NCBI GenBank assembly: GCA_003971905.1
Contig: RSEE01000003.1
Coordinates: 62,001 to 126,000 of the forward strand
Reading direction: 5' to 3'
DNA: 64,000 nt
Source: Moniliella sp. 'wahieum'
Taxonomy: Eukaryota
In this document: positions 62,209 to 64,000 of the stretch, in pieces
Position numbering within the stretch: position 1 is the first letter of the stretch
Layout: every line of letters starts with the position of its first letter
Translations under genes and position numbers: made by a program
Notes under the pieces: generated by a model
What the model was told of the DNA's origin: nothing
The model's database searches: none
What the model saw: the letters and a program-made list of their open reading frames with translations, nothing else

Positions 62209-63040
62209 ATGTCTGCGCCAGATCCCACGAATGATCCCCTCACCTCTGTTAGAACCGATACGGGCGAGAGAGGAGAACGACGCGCATCAGGACGAGCCGG
62301 TCATCTAGCGGTCATCTAGCGGCCATCTAGTATAGCTCAAAAAGCAGGTGGAGACCAAGATGTTTGAGGAGGATGAGAATGTTGTGTTCAAGATGTAAGT
62401 GTCGCCCTGTCCATGCTGGCTCGCAGGCCTGACAATGACGAACCAATCCCCTTCCTGCCATCCTCCATTCACAGGCATCACAGCTGCGCTATAAATTAAA
62501 CTATTTCGTTTCGACTCTGAGGGCAAGCAGTGGAAAGAGCGTGGGACAGGCGACGTACTAACGCCTGCTTCAGTACAGGCAACCCAGCAACAGCCGTGTT
62601 GTGATGCGTGGTGTCAAGAGCCTTCAACTCGCAAACCGCTACAGTACCATACCATGTTTTGTTGCGTTTAAAGTACGCGGGGCGTTTTGCTGACCCGCAT
62701 TCTCCCCACTCCCGATATTGCGCGCTCAAACCCGATGTCTCTTCGGACCGTTGGTGGGTGTACAATGCGGCGGCCGTCGTGTATGGTGGTGAACCACAGT
62801 CCGTGAGGCCGGCGATCCGCTTTGCCAATACGAAAAGTAGGTGATTCCGATCACGGTTTATGAGCTGTACTGTGACCTTTCCCCCCAATCAGATGCTCAA
62901 GGGTTCCAGACGGTATTCAAACAGATTCAGAAAGGGGAAAGCTCTAGTCATTGAGAAGAAGAGTAAGTAGGTGCCTCAGGAAGAGGCCAAGGGCGATGAG
63001 GAGGAGGCTAAGGAGCCAAGCGAAAGGAGGCAAAGTCGAC
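62209..63040 (+). pseudogene. YRB1: Decayed Ran-binding protein 1 (RanBP1/Yrb1) gene
   Basis: Recognisable EPVI, KQVETK.FEEDENVVFKM, KLFRFDSEGKQWKERGTGDV, LKPDVSSDRWWVY, AIRFAN. Disrupted by in-frame TAGs at 62306 and 62333, an 11-bp triplication 62298..62330 and a 4-nt insertion at 62558..62561. Confidence 0.7.
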
Positions 63041-63755
63041 GGGATCGCATACGTATTTCGTCCCCCCGTTTGCTCAGTCCTCCTCTCACGCCTACTTTCA
63101 TACGACGTGTTAACGCCCTGCGTTTGTTATTAATGTGATGGTGGAGAACTCGTTGGCTAGAAGGAATGGGGGAGACCGTCGATCCGTGATGCTGACCGTG
63201 CTTGCAACAGCGCTACTATATATGCGGAAGGAGGTGCAGTATAGTATGGGGGAGAGCGAGAGTTGCTCAGTATACTGTGAAGTAAGAACGGTTGCTCCTC
63301 GGGCTAGCGGCAAAAGGGGATGAGAAGGAACGTATGAAAAGATGCACAAAGCGACGGAAAGCAGTGGTGGGTTGAAACGTGGGCTTGAAACGAAAAGCTG
63401 CAAGTGCAAAGTGGGAACGAGTCGTGTCGGGGCCTATCCATGTCTTGAGAAGAGGTCTAATAGGAACGAAATGGCTCTGCAGATTGAAGCTATAACCATC
63501 AATTCAGTGTCTAAAGGGGTTTAATGAGTCACCATAACAAAGGCTAAAAAATAACAGGTAAGAGACCGAATGAGGCAAAGAACGGACAGACAGGAAACGA
63601 TAGAGCATATACATAGCGTAGACGGGGAGATGCGAAAAGCAAAGACGATGAGAAGGTATGCAAGAGATTAAAAGAAGAGAGAGACGAGAGGCAAGGGGAG
63701 CAGCCCTGGGCGGGGGCTAAGAAGACGTATAGTAGTAAGAAAGAGAACCCCCTTA

Positions 63756-63998
<243 letters not shown>

Positions 63999-64000
63999 AC

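Overview
GC-rich, compact eukaryotic DNA from a basidiomycete fungus, probably Ustilaginomycotina-like (inferred from short GT-AG introns with CTRAC-type branch points and from protein style; the species cannot be determined here). About 19 protein-coding genes are recognisable: an Ecl1-domain protein, a WW-domain protein, a saccharopine-dehydrogenase-like oxidoreductase, eIF5B, an uncharacterised membrane protein, VCX1, RAD6, SCS7, GIS2, an MFS transporter paired with an arylsulfotransferase, an AhpC/TSA-like protein, mitochondrial uL24, an MRN1/Nrd1-type RRM protein, SerRS, HSBP1, NAA50, a lipocalin-like protein, GGC1 and PRP8. There is also a tRNA-Ala(AGC), a candidate 45-aa microprotein and a YRB1/RanBP1 copy that looks genuinely decayed. 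Many essential genes carry 1-nt frameshifts, which most likely reflect uncorrected long-read errors, so CDS coordinates are gene spans and some ends are approximate. The most striking unexplained signal is non-coding: upstream regions repeatedly carry 7-bp-periodic arrays of TCA (or TGA) separated by 4-bp spacers that differ between loci but are nearly always palindromic (AGCT, TGCA, CGCG, GATC, ACGT, CCGG, GCGC, TCGA, TTAA, GTAC). All identifications are by eye from motifs; no database searches were run.
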